Shown: one piece after another, positions 10,269 to 18,786 of the stretch
Layout of the letters: every line of letters starts with the position of its first letter
How positions within the stretch are numbered: the first letter of the stretch is position 1
Assembly (NCBI GenBank): GCA_963770895.1
Contig: CAVYRF010000002.1
Location: 1,152,001 to 1,216,000, forward strand
Reading direction: 5' to 3'
DNA: 64,000 bases
Source of the DNA: an uncultured Acidobacteriota bacterium
GTDB lineage: Bacteria > Acidobacteriota > Thermoanaerobaculia > Multivoradales > UBA5704
Notes under the pieces: generated by a model
Database searches by the model: none
What the model was told of the DNA's origin: nothing
The model's input: the letters and a program-made list of their open reading frames with translations, nothing else
Position numbers and translations under genes: made by a program

Positions 10269-11165
10269 TTAGCAGAAGAACCGGTCGATCACCAGGGCGG
10301 CGTCGGCGTCGCTCCACCGTGCCCGATAGCTCACCTGCCGGTCGCCGTCGATGCGTTCCGCGTCCACGCCGAGCGAGCGGAACAGCTCGACTCCGGACAC
10401 CACGCGGTCGCCGGCCAGATTGATCACCTTTACCAGCTGTCCGCCGCCGCCGGGCTGCACGGGAAGAATCAGCAGGCTGTCGCCGCGCGGCATCATCAGC
10501 ACGCTGTCGAGCCCAGCAAAATGCCGCTGCCACACCGCGAACGGCAATCGCAAGCTGCCGCGCGCCAGCGTCAACCTGTCGGCGGTGTCAGCAGCGTCGG
10601 CAAGGTTGGCGGCGCCGGCGCTGTCGGCGCTCCCGGCGCTGTCGGCGCGGCCGGTATCGGCGCGGCGGGCGGAGGCATCCACGGCATCGCCGCCTGCCGC
10701 CGCGATCCGCTGGCGGATCAGCTCCACCACCCGGTCCACCGCGCTTTCGACCGCCGCCGACAGGCCGACGCCGAACGAAAGGTCCGCGGCTTCGATCAGA
10801 AAAACGCGCACGTCCCGCGGAAAGTCGTCGCCATACAGGCGGCGTCCCGCGTACAGCGCGTGGTCCCAACGAAAATCGTGCAGATTGAAGCTGGGGTTGG
10901 GGACGGTCTCCAGCTCGGCGCCCGGCACTTCGTGGATGGCGCCGGGTTCGCTGCCGCTGCGGCTGGCGTCAACGATGACCATCGCGCCCGTCGCGCCGGC
11001 GGCGCCCGCGCGCATCAGGACGCCCATGCCATCGGTGCCCGCATCGATCACCGTCGCCCACCGACGCTCGCGCGGCGACAGCGCGGCGTCCAACCGCTGG
11101 GCGACGACCACGCCGGCGCCGTCGTCGCGCCGGTTGAGGTTGCCGCAGCCGATGACCATCAACAC
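10269..11165 (-). CDS. Hydrogenase maturation endopeptidase (HupW/HyaD-type) fused to a C-terminal domain of unknown function
   Basis: VIGCGNLNRRDDGAG, IDAGTDG, IVDA, LHDFRWDHAL; an extra ~100 aa follow an Ala/Asp linker. Confidence 0.88.
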   Translation of the reverse strand: MLMVIGCGNLNRRDDGAGVVVAQRLDAALSPRERRWATVIDAGTDGMGVLMRAGAAGATGAMVIVDASRSGSEPGAIHEVPGAELETVPNPSFNLHDFRWDHALYAGRRLYGDDFPRDVRVFLIEAADLSFGVGLSAAVESAVDRVVELIRQRIAAAGGDAVDASARRADTGRADSAGSADSAGAANLADAADTADRLTLARGSLRLPFAVWQRHFAGLDSVLMMPRGDSLLILPVQPGGGGQLVKVINLAGDRVVSGVELFRSLGVDAERIDGDRQVSYRARWSDADAALVIDRFFC

Positions 11166-11235
11166 GACAGGACCCGCTTTCGGCGCGTGTGATCCAATCG
11201 GAGCTCAGCTGCCGACACGCCGCTGCGACAGGCCA

Positions 11236-11556
11236 CTAGACGCGCCAGACGTTGCACGACCAGCCGGGCCGCACCGGCAGCTCGAGCTCGGGCAGCGCGC
11301 ACCACCGCCGGTGAACCTGGTAGTACATGCAGGATTCGCACGCCTGTTCCAGGCCTTCGTGTTCGACCGGGTGATCGGTGAAGCCGGCAATGCGCAGCTT
11401 GGTGGCAAGGGCGCCATCGCTCGCCCGCACCGCCGCCAGCACGGCATGGAAGCGCTGGCTGTCGTCGGCGCGCACCTGCCAATCGGTCTGCAGGTCGCCG
11501 CCCAGGAGCCGCGCGATCTCCTGGCGCAACGCTTCGTTCTGATCGGCCTGGCTCAA
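11236..11556 (-). CDS. Small 4-Cys iron-sulfur protein, HiPIP-like, no signal peptide
   Basis: C-x2-C-x9-C-x14-C (CESCMYY...WC...GWSCNVW); GGAGG RBS before the TTG start. Confidence 0.75.
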   Translation of the reverse strand: MSQADQNEALRQEIARLLGGDLQTDWQVRADDSQRFHAVLAAVRASDGALATKLRIAGFTDHPVEHEGLEQACESCMYYQVHRRWCALPELELPVRPGWSCNVWRV

Positions 11557-11594
11557 AGCAGCCTCCGTCTCCGTGCCCCGGCGTACGACAACGA

Positions 11595-12557
11595 TTACAC
11601 GACGAAGATGTCCTCTTCGGCCCAGGCTGGGGAGGCCGCCTTGGCGGCGGTGGTGAGCTTCAGATAGCCGCTCTTCTCAATGCCGAGCGGCAGGTCGCGC
11701 GGCACGCCGAGCAGGGTCTGGGTCTTGAAGACGGTGCCCGGCGCCAGGTCGAAAAACGGAAATTCGGGCTCCGTGCAGCCGATGCACGGCATGCCGGCGC
11801 GGGTCTTGGACGACTGGCGGTTCCACAGGATGCGATTGCACGGACTGTGCGTCATCGGCCCACGGCAGCCAAGGTCGTAGAACAGGCACCCCTTGCGAGC
11901 GCCAAATTCGGTCGCCGGCACCTTGTAGGCGAAATGCATGTTGCGCGTGCAGCCGGTCTGGGTGAAGCTGGTGAAGAAAGTCCTGGGACGCTGGAATTCG
12001 TCGAGCGTGATCTCATGCCCACGGCCGGTGGCGACGGCCACCAGGATCTGCGTCACCCAGTCTGGATGCGCCGGACACCCCGGCACGTTGATCACCGGCA
12101 GCCCGCTCCTGGCGGTGAAACCCTCGCCCAGGAAGCCGCCGTGACTGCGTTTGAGGAATTGCAGACCCACCGAGTCGGTGGGATTGGGAGAGGTGGCGGG
12201 GATGCCGCCCCAGGTCGCGCAGTCGCCCATCGCCACCACGTATCCGGCAGCGGCGGCAAGGTCCTTCACCCAATCGCGCATCGGGCGGCCGGCAAAACGG
12301 TTCCATTCGCCGGTGCCGTTGGGCGCGTTGACCACCGTGCCTTCGAAGACGAAGATGTCGAGCGGCTTCCTGCCGCTGGCGCAATCTTCCAGCAGCTGAA
12401 TCAGGTTGTCCCCCAGCTCCATGCCGAGCGAGGGGTGCCACAGGATGTTGATGCCGAAATCGGTCACCAGGTCGCACGCCGACGGCTGCTCCGCGTTGAG
12501 GAACGACATCGTATTTCCCGAGCATGCGCCGCCCTGGAGCCATAGCAGATTGGTCAT
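11595..12557 (-). CDS. hupS: Group 2a-type [NiFe]-hydrogenase small subunit, copy 1
   Basis: LWLQGGACSGNTMS, GDCATWGG, PGCPAHP, FTQTGCTRN, GCRGP, CIGCTEP; no Tat signal; 320 aa from ATG 12557. Confidence 0.93.
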   Translation of the reverse strand: MTNLLWLQGGACSGNTMSFLNAEQPSACDLVTDFGINILWHPSLGMELGDNLIQLLEDCASGRKPLDIFVFEGTVVNAPNGTGEWNRFAGRPMRDWVKDLAAAAGYVVAMGDCATWGGIPATSPNPTDSVGLQFLKRSHGGFLGEGFTARSGLPVINVPGCPAHPDWVTQILVAVATGRGHEITLDEFQRPRTFFTSFTQTGCTRNMHFAYKVPATEFGARKGCLFYDLGCRGPMTHSPCNRILWNRQSSKTRAGMPCIGCTEPEFPFFDLAPGTVFKTQTLLGVPRDLPLGIEKSGYLKLTTAAKAASPAWAEEDIFVV

Positions 12558-12625
12558 ATGCGATTCTCCGGCACCACCGTGCGAACTGCCTTGTTCGTTG
12601 CCTTGCGCTATGATACCCGACATTC

Positions 12626-15055
12626 ATGTTTTTCCACCGGACGCAGCGACAGCTCTTCCTGCGGATCGCCTATGCCGGCGCGCCGCTTTCCGGCAAGACC
12701 GAAACGTTGAAAGCGCTGCTGCCGATGCTGCAGACCAAGGGCGCCAACGAGACCGTGTTCTCGCCGTTCGCGGCACGCGGCCGCACCCTCTATTTCGACT
12801 GGGCGCAGTACCAGGGCGGCGTCTTCCTGGACGGGCCGCTGCAATGCCAGATCACCTCGGTCCCCGGCCAGGAATCGCTGCATCGCCGGCGGCGCGTCCT
12901 GATCGAAGACGCCGACGTGGTGGTGTTCGTCATCGACGCGCAGCCCGACCAGATGGAGACCAACCGGCGCTGCCTGGCGGAGATCCAGCCCTGGCTGACG
13001 CGCGGCGACCTGCCGCCGATCAGCGTCGTCTACCAAGCCAACAAGCACGATCTGCCCGGCACTCTGGACGTCGCCGACATCCGCCAGCAGCTGGCGCTGG
13101 ACGCCGCGGCAGAGGTCTACGAAACCAGCGCCCTGCAGGGCGAAGGCGTGCGCATCTGCTTCGTCGCCGGCGTGCGCGCCTGCGTCCGCCGCGCCGAAGC
13201 CCTGCGCGCCGCCAACCGCCTGCCCGAAGGCGCGCCCGACGTCGAAACCGGTGAGCAGCTGCTGGAGCGCGTACGCCTCGCCGACACGCCGGAACCCCTC
13301 CCCGCCAACAGCGACGACGACAGCCCGTCCAAGCCCCAGGCCACAACCGAGCCCGCGGCGGGGCAAGGGTCCGCCGCCCGCGACCCTGTTGCCAGGCCGG
13401 ATCCCAGGACCAACACCGCGCCCATGGCCCAAACGGCGCCAGCGCCGGCTGCGCTCGACACCGCGAACCTGCCCGAACCTGCGCCCGCACCGGCTGCACG
13501 CGACATCCAAACCAGGCCCGACCATGCCGCCCGCTTCGGCGCCTCGACGCCAGCCGCTGCGGCTGCGCTGGCCCCGCCCGCCGCATCGCCGACCGCGGCG
13601 GCACCGCCGCTCGCGCTGCCGCCGCAGGCTGCCCCCACCGCCGCCTGGCACACCGCTTCGGCACCGGCCGTCGCCGGGGCGACCGCCGGCACAGCCGCCG
13701 CGCGCCGGGCGCTGGGCGCCGCTTCAGCCGAGCGTCCCGCGGTCATGCCGATGGCCGACTGGCAGGCGCGCCAGCAGACGGCCGCCGCGCCGCCGGCCGC
13801 CGAAGAGCAGGCGCCTGCCGCCGCGCCCGCTCCCGCAGCCGCTCCCACTGTCACCGCGATGGCGCCGCGCATCGGGGGCCGCGCGGCGGTGATGCCGATG
13901 GCCGACTGGCTGGCCACCTACATCAACCGCGCCGGCGCCGCCGAGCGCGGCACCCACGCCGCCGCCCAGGCCGCGGTCCAGGCAGCGCCGGAAGCGGACT
14001 CGCCGCGCGCGACGCAGGCCGCGATGCCGGTGCTGACGCTCCCCACGGGCCCCGCGGCCCACCCCCACCTGCGCGCCGTGCAACCGCTCGCCGCCCTGCC
14101 GCCGACCGGCTTGCCGCCGCAGGCGAGCGCACCCGCGCCCATCCCATCGGGATCGGCAGCCCCCGCGCATCCAATCACCGCCGCCTCCCCGCCAATCCCC
14201 ATGTCGGATCGGCAGCCGGCGCCTTCTACGCCGGCCGCCGCGACCCCTGCGATCCCTGCGACCACCGCGGCCGCCCCCACCCACCCGGTCGCGGCGTCGC
14301 CGGCACAGCCCGCGGCCGCCGCGCCGCCCGCGGCGGGACCGCCTGTTCCCTGGCTGCCCGGCCACGAAGCCACCCTGCTGGATGCCTGGCCGCTCGCCAT
14401 CTGGCGGCTGGCGTTCCAGGCCGCCGGACCGCAGCCCCAGGCGCCGGCGGTGGTCGCCGGCACCATGCTGCAGGGCCGCGTCGGCGGCGGCTGGCACGCG
14501 CGCGCCTGGGGGACGCTGGAGGGGCCCGACGCCGGCCGCGCGGAATTCAAGCGCCTGGTGTCGTGGCTGATGCGCCTGGGCAATTCGGTGTCCAGCCGGC
14601 GCTGCCTGGTGCTTGCCGGCAGCGACCAGGGCTGCTGCGTATGGCAGGTGGTGCACCAGGAGCTGACCTTCGATCAGCTGATCGACCAGACCCTGGAAGA
14701 GGAGCTGCCGGCCAAGGAAGCGGTGCAGATCATGGCCGGCACCGCCGTCGATTTCGTCAACGCAGCCCAGGAGTTCGCCCTGCAAGGCGTCGAGCTGCCG
14801 ATCCGCTTCCACACCCTGGCGCGCGAAAACGGCTTCACCGTCTATTCCGCGTTCCTGCCGCGCGAGCCGCTGGCGCCGTCGGGCAACGACGCGCTGGTCG
14901 ACCTCGCCGGCGAGCTGCGGTTCTTCCTGCAGGCCGAGCGGCTGGGGCAGCTCGACGTCACCGAGGCGCTGCGCGAGCTGGAGCGCCTGAGCGAAACCCG
15001 GCCGCGCAATTCGCCAGCCATTGAAGTCCTGCAATCCCTGTTGATCGGAGAGTAA
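12626..15055 (+). CDS. MglA-like small GTPase with ~350-aa Pro/Ala linker and conserved C-terminal domain
   Basis: G1 YAGAPLSGKT, G2 GRTLYFD, G3 SVPGQ, DADVVVFVID, G4 ANKHD, G5 TSAL. Confidence 0.85.
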   Translation: MFFHRTQRQLFLRIAYAGAPLSGKTETLKALLPMLQTKGANETVFSPFAARGRTLYFDWAQYQGGVFLDGPLQCQITSVPGQESLHRRRRVLIEDADVVVFVIDAQPDQMETNRRCLAEIQPWLTRGDLPPISVVYQANKHDLPGTLDVADIRQQLALDAAAEVYETSALQGEGVRICFVAGVRACVRRAEALRAANRLPEGAPDVETGEQLLERVRLADTPEPLPANSDDDSPSKPQATTEPAAGQGSAARDPVARPDPRTNTAPMAQTAPAPAALDTANLPEPAPAPAARDIQTRPDHAARFGASTPAAAAALAPPAASPTAAAPPLALPPQAAPTAAWHTASAPAVAGATAGTAAARRALGAASAERPAVMPMADWQARQQTAAAPPAAEEQAPAAAPAPAAAPTVTAMAPRIGGRAAVMPMADWLATYINRAGAAERGTHAAAQAAVQAAPEADSPRATQAAMPVLTLPTGPAAHPHLRAVQPLAALPPTGLPPQASAPAPIPSGSAAPAHPITAASPPIPMSDRQPAPSTPAAATPAIPATTAAAPTHPVAASPAQPAAAAPPAAGPPVPWLPGHEATLLDAWPLAIWRLAFQAAGPQPQAPAVVAGTMLQGRVGGGWHARAWGTLEGPDAGRAEFKRLVSWLMRLGNSVSSRRCLVLAGSDQGCCVWQVVHQELTFDQLIDQTLEEELPAKEAVQIMAGTAVDFVNAAQEFALQGVELPIRFHTLARENGFTVYSAFLPREPLAPSGNDALVDLAGELRFFLQAERLGQLDVTEALRELERLSETRPRNSPAIEVLQSLLIGE

Positions 15056-15060
15056 CCGGT

Positions 15061-16023
15061 ATGACGAACGTGCTCTGGTTGCAAGGCGGCGCCTGTTCCG
15101 GCAACACCATGTCCTTTCTCAACGCCGAAGAGCCGTCGGCCTGCGACCTGGTCACCGACTTTGGCATCAACATCCTGTGGCACCCGTCGCTCGGCATGGA
15201 GCTGGGGGACAACCTGATCCAGCTGCTGGAGGATTGCGCCAAAGGCAGAAAACCGCTCGACATCCTGGTGTTCGAAGGCACGGTGGTCAACGCGCCCAAC
15301 GGCACCGGCGAATGGAACCGTTTTGCCGGCCGGCCGATGCGCGACTGGGTCAAGGACCTGGCCGCCGCCGCCGGGCACGTCGTCGCGATCGGCGATTGCG
15401 CGACCTGGGGCGGCATCCCGGCCACCGCGCCCAACCCCACCGACTCGCAAGGATTGCAGTTCCTCAAGCGCGTCAAGGGCGGCGCCCTGGGCGCCGACTT
15501 TCGCGCCCGGAGCGGCATGCCGGTGCTCAACGTCCCCGGCTGCCCTGCCCACCCCGACTGGATCACCCAGATCCTGGTCGCGCTCGCCACCGGCCGCGCC
15601 GCGGACCTGCAGCTCGACGACCTCAACCGGCCGCGCACGTTCTTTGCCAGCTTCACCCAGACCGGCTGCACCCGCAACATGCACTTCGTGTGGAAGGTTT
15701 CGGCGACAGAATTCGGCCAGCGCAAGGGGTGCCTGTTCTACGACCTGGGCTGCCGCGGTCCGATGACGCACAGCCCGTGCAACCGCATCCTGTGGAACCG
15801 CCAGTCGTCCAAGACCCGCGCCGGCATGCCGTGCCTGGGCTGTACTGAACCCGAGTTTCCGTTTTTCGATCTGGCGCCGGGCACGGTGTTCAAGACCCAG
15901 ACGGTGATGGGCTTCCCCAAGGAGATGCCGGCCGGCATCGACAAGAGCGGCTATATCAAGCTTACGGCGGCAGCCAAGATCGCTGCGCCTTCGTGGACTG
16001 AAGACGATCTCTTTGTTGTCTGA
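15061..16023 (+). CDS. hupS: Group 2a-type [NiFe]-hydrogenase small subunit, copy 2
   Basis: Same motifs as copy 1; about 48 of 320 residues differ (hand count); GGAG RBS; directly upstream of the large subunit. Confidence 0.95.
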   Translation: MTNVLWLQGGACSGNTMSFLNAEEPSACDLVTDFGINILWHPSLGMELGDNLIQLLEDCAKGRKPLDILVFEGTVVNAPNGTGEWNRFAGRPMRDWVKDLAAAAGHVVAIGDCATWGGIPATAPNPTDSQGLQFLKRVKGGALGADFRARSGMPVLNVPGCPAHPDWITQILVALATGRAADLQLDDLNRPRTFFASFTQTGCTRNMHFVWKVSATEFGQRKGCLFYDLGCRGPMTHSPCNRILWNRQSSKTRAGMPCLGCTEPEFPFFDLAPGTVFKTQTVMGFPKEMPAGIDKSGYIKLTAAAKIAAPSWTEDDLFVV

Positions 16024-16047
16024 CGTACTGCAAGCGGAGATTCTGAT

Positions 16048-17646
16048 ATGACACAGAGCCGTAGAATCGACATCGCCCCGGTCGGTCGCGTCGAAGGCGA
16101 CCTGGACGTGAGGGTGGATATTCAGGACGGGATCGTGGTCGAAGCATGGACCTCGGCCGAGCTGTTCCGCGGCTTCGAGGTGATCCTGCGCGACAAGGAC
16201 CCGCAGGCCGGCCTGGTGGTGACGCCGCGCGTCTGCGGCATCTGCGGCGCGTCCCACCTGACCTGCGCCGCCTGGGCGCTCGACACCGCCTGGGGCACCC
16301 AGGTGCCGCGCAACGCCATCCTGGCGCGCAACCTGGGGCAGATCGCCGAAAGCTTGCAGAGCCTGCCGCGGCACCACTACGGCCTGTTTCAGATCGACTT
16401 CACCAATGCCAACTACCGGCGCAGCCCGTTCTACGAAGAAGCGGTGCGGCGGTGGTCGCCCTTCGTCGGCAGCAACTACCGCATCGGCATCGGCATCTCG
16501 GGCAAGCCGGTCGAAATCTATGCTCTCTTTGGCGGCCAGTGGCCGCATTCAAGCTTCATGGTGCCGGGCGGCGTCATGTGCTCGCCCACCCTCACCGACA
16601 TCACCCGCTCCTGGTCGATCCTGGAATATTTCCGCCGCACCTGGGTCGAGCCGGTCTGGCTGGGATGCACGTTCGAACGCTACGAAGAGATCCGCAGCCA
16701 CCAGGACTTTCTCGCCTGGCTCGACGAAAGCCCGGCGCACGCCAACTCGGACCTCGGCCTCTACTGGCGCATGGGCACCGACGTCGGCGCCGACCGCTAC
16801 GGCGGCGGCCACCGCAAGTTCCTCAGCTGGGGCTACCTGCCGCACGAGGACCGCTACCAGAAGCCGACCATTGAAAGCCGCAACGACGCCGTGGTGATGA
16901 AAAACGGCATCTACGATTTCCACCTCGACCAGCACCAGGAGACGTCGCAGGGGCTGGTGCGGGAGAGCACCTCGCACGCCTGGTACGACGAAGGCGACGA
17001 ACCGGTCCATCCGTTCGAGCGCCAGACCCGGCCGACGGCCAAGAACGCGCGCGATTTTGACGGCCGCTATTCGTGGTCGACCGCCGTCTCGCACGCCGAC
17101 GAGGGGCGGCTGGAGGCCGGCCCGCTGGCCCGCCAGCTGGTGGCGGGCGCGCCGCCACAGCGCCCCTTTCAGCATCACGACCCGCTGGTCGGCGACATGA
17201 TGAAGGCGATGGGCGGCCCCAGCCTGCTGCTGCGCCATTTCGCGCGCATGCACGAGCTGGTCAAGCTCTATCGCCAGGCCGAGCGCTGCCTGCGCGAATT
17301 CCGCCTTGACGAACCCTTCTACATCAAGCCCGAAGAGCGCGACGGCCGCGGCTGGGGCGCCACGGAAGCGATCCGCGGCGCGCTGTGCCACTGGATCGAC
17401 GTCAAGGGCGGCAAGATCCGCAACTACCAGATCATCGCCCCGACCACCTGGAACGTCGGCCCGCGCGACGGCAAGAACAATCGCGGCCCGATCGAGCAAG
17501 CGCTGCTGGGGACGCCGATCGCCAACCCGTCCGACCCCGTGGAGGTCGGCCACGTCGCGCGCTCCTTCGATTCGTGCCTGGTGTGCACGGTGCACGCCCA
17601 CGATGCCAAGACCGGCAAGGAACTGTCCCGTTTTCGGACTGCGTGA
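16048..17646 (+). CDS. hupL: Group 2a-type [NiFe]-hydrogenase large subunit
   Basis: PVGRVEGDL; L1 PRVCGICG; L2 RSFDSCLVCTVH followed by the cleavable tail AHDAKTGKELSRFRTA. Confidence 0.96.
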   Translation: MTQSRRIDIAPVGRVEGDLDVRVDIQDGIVVEAWTSAELFRGFEVILRDKDPQAGLVVTPRVCGICGASHLTCAAWALDTAWGTQVPRNAILARNLGQIAESLQSLPRHHYGLFQIDFTNANYRRSPFYEEAVRRWSPFVGSNYRIGIGISGKPVEIYALFGGQWPHSSFMVPGGVMCSPTLTDITRSWSILEYFRRTWVEPVWLGCTFERYEEIRSHQDFLAWLDESPAHANSDLGLYWRMGTDVGADRYGGGHRKFLSWGYLPHEDRYQKPTIESRNDAVVMKNGIYDFHLDQHQETSQGLVRESTSHAWYDEGDEPVHPFERQTRPTAKNARDFDGRYSWSTAVSHADEGRLEAGPLARQLVAGAPPQRPFQHHDPLVGDMMKAMGGPSLLLRHFARMHELVKLYRQAERCLREFRLDEPFYIKPEERDGRGWGATEAIRGALCHWIDVKGGKIRNYQIIAPTTWNVGPRDGKNNRGPIEQALLGTPIANPSDPVEVGHVARSFDSCLVCTVHAHDAKTGKELSRFRTA

Positions 17647-17658
17647 GGAGACCCGTCC

Positions 17659-18756
17659 GTGGCGCAATGGGAACCGCAGATCCGCACCAACCTTGAAGAC
17701 GAGATCTACCGCACCCGTCTCGACGAGCTGCTGGGCAACATCCCCGGCACCTTGTCCGCCGGGCTGGTCAACGTCCGGTTCCGCGAAGGCTGCGTCCGCC
17801 TGCCCGGCGGCCGCGCCGCCGAGGCCGACGATACGCAGGCCACGATCGCTCTGACCTGCGGCCTTTTCGGCGGCGAGATGGGCGAGCGCGGCGCCGGCTT
17901 CGCCGAGGCGCTGGCCGCGACGCGCCCCTTCGACTCGGCGTACCTGAGCTTCGCGCAGGAAACGCTGCTGATCAGCCGCCTGGGCCAGGGCGACCGGGCG
18001 CTCATCGCCACCGTCTCGCCCAACCTCAACCAGGCCAGCGCGGTCAACCTGCGGCGCGCCGCCAGCAACCGCATCGACAACGGCGCGCGGGGCGAAATCG
18101 GTCCGGTGCTGGAAGCCACCAACGAGGTGCTGATGGGCGCCTTGCTCGATTTGAGCACCGGCACCGTGGTCAGCCGCTACGAGCGCTTCCAGGGAGTGTC
18201 GGTGCTCCAGCTGGACGGCGACCTGATCGCCGCCGCCCAGGCCATCCTGTCCGCCGGCGGCCCGGTGCGCGGCCTGCGCCTGCGCCATCGCGACGGCCGG
18301 GCGATCGAGATCCGGCGCGCCGAGCTGACCGCGGCACAGCGCAGCCTGCACTTCGCGCGCCTCCGCTTCGATCCCGAGCACCTGCTGGTATTGTCCGCCG
18401 ACCGGCGCGCCATCCCCGGTCTGCTTTCGATCATGATGCGCAACACCGAAACGGAAATCGTGCGCGTCTGGGTCGACGGCCTGCTCAATTACGGCATCAA
18501 GTCGACCATGAACCCGTTCCCCAGGACGCAGGCCGAGTTCCTCGACATCGTGCGCGAGCTGCGCCAGCTGGACCAGAACGATCTGCTCGGCCGCCTCGAC
18601 GTCGGCGGCTTTGCCAACTACACCATGGGCGGCGGGGAAGACATGCAGCGCTGTCAGGAATGCATCTACTACCTGCCCAACGGCCGCTGGTGCGACCTGC
18701 CGGAGCTGCCGGTGCCGGTGGAGGCCCACTGGTGGTGCCGTCTGTGGAAGATGTAG
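17659..18756 (+). CDS. Fusion of two Roadblock/LC7-like domains and a C-terminal HiPIP-like 4-Cys Fe-S domain
   Basis: C-terminal ~100 aa align with 11236-11556 (CQECIYY...WCDLPEL...WWCRLW); two N-terminal segments show a helix-GxxxAxLVD-like Roadblock pattern; GAGGAG RBS before GTG. Confidence 0.65.
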   Translation: MAQWEPQIRTNLEDEIYRTRLDELLGNIPGTLSAGLVNVRFREGCVRLPGGRAAEADDTQATIALTCGLFGGEMGERGAGFAEALAATRPFDSAYLSFAQETLLISRLGQGDRALIATVSPNLNQASAVNLRRAASNRIDNGARGEIGPVLEATNEVLMGALLDLSTGTVVSRYERFQGVSVLQLDGDLIAAAQAILSAGGPVRGLRLRHRDGRAIEIRRAELTAAQRSLHFARLRFDPEHLLVLSADRRAIPGLLSIMMRNTETEIVRVWVDGLLNYGIKSTMNPFPRTQAEFLDIVRELRQLDQNDLLGRLDVGGFANYTMGGGEDMQRCQECIYYLPNGRWCDLPELPVPVEAHWWCRLWKM

Positions 18757-18786
18757 GCGCGATCGGCGAGAAAGGAGACAGACGCG

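Noticed and set aside
11595-12557. Second hupS as an assembly duplicate or pseudogene
   Set aside because: About 48 amino-acid and many synonymous differences, intact frame, identical length, own RBS and own downstream operon
16048-17646. Large subunit as a group 2b sensory or [NiFeSe] enzyme
   Set aside because: It has a cleavable C-terminal tail and a cognate protease, L2 is SFDSCLVCTVH with Cys and no in-frame TGA, and there is no HoxJ/HupT-like kinase in the locus
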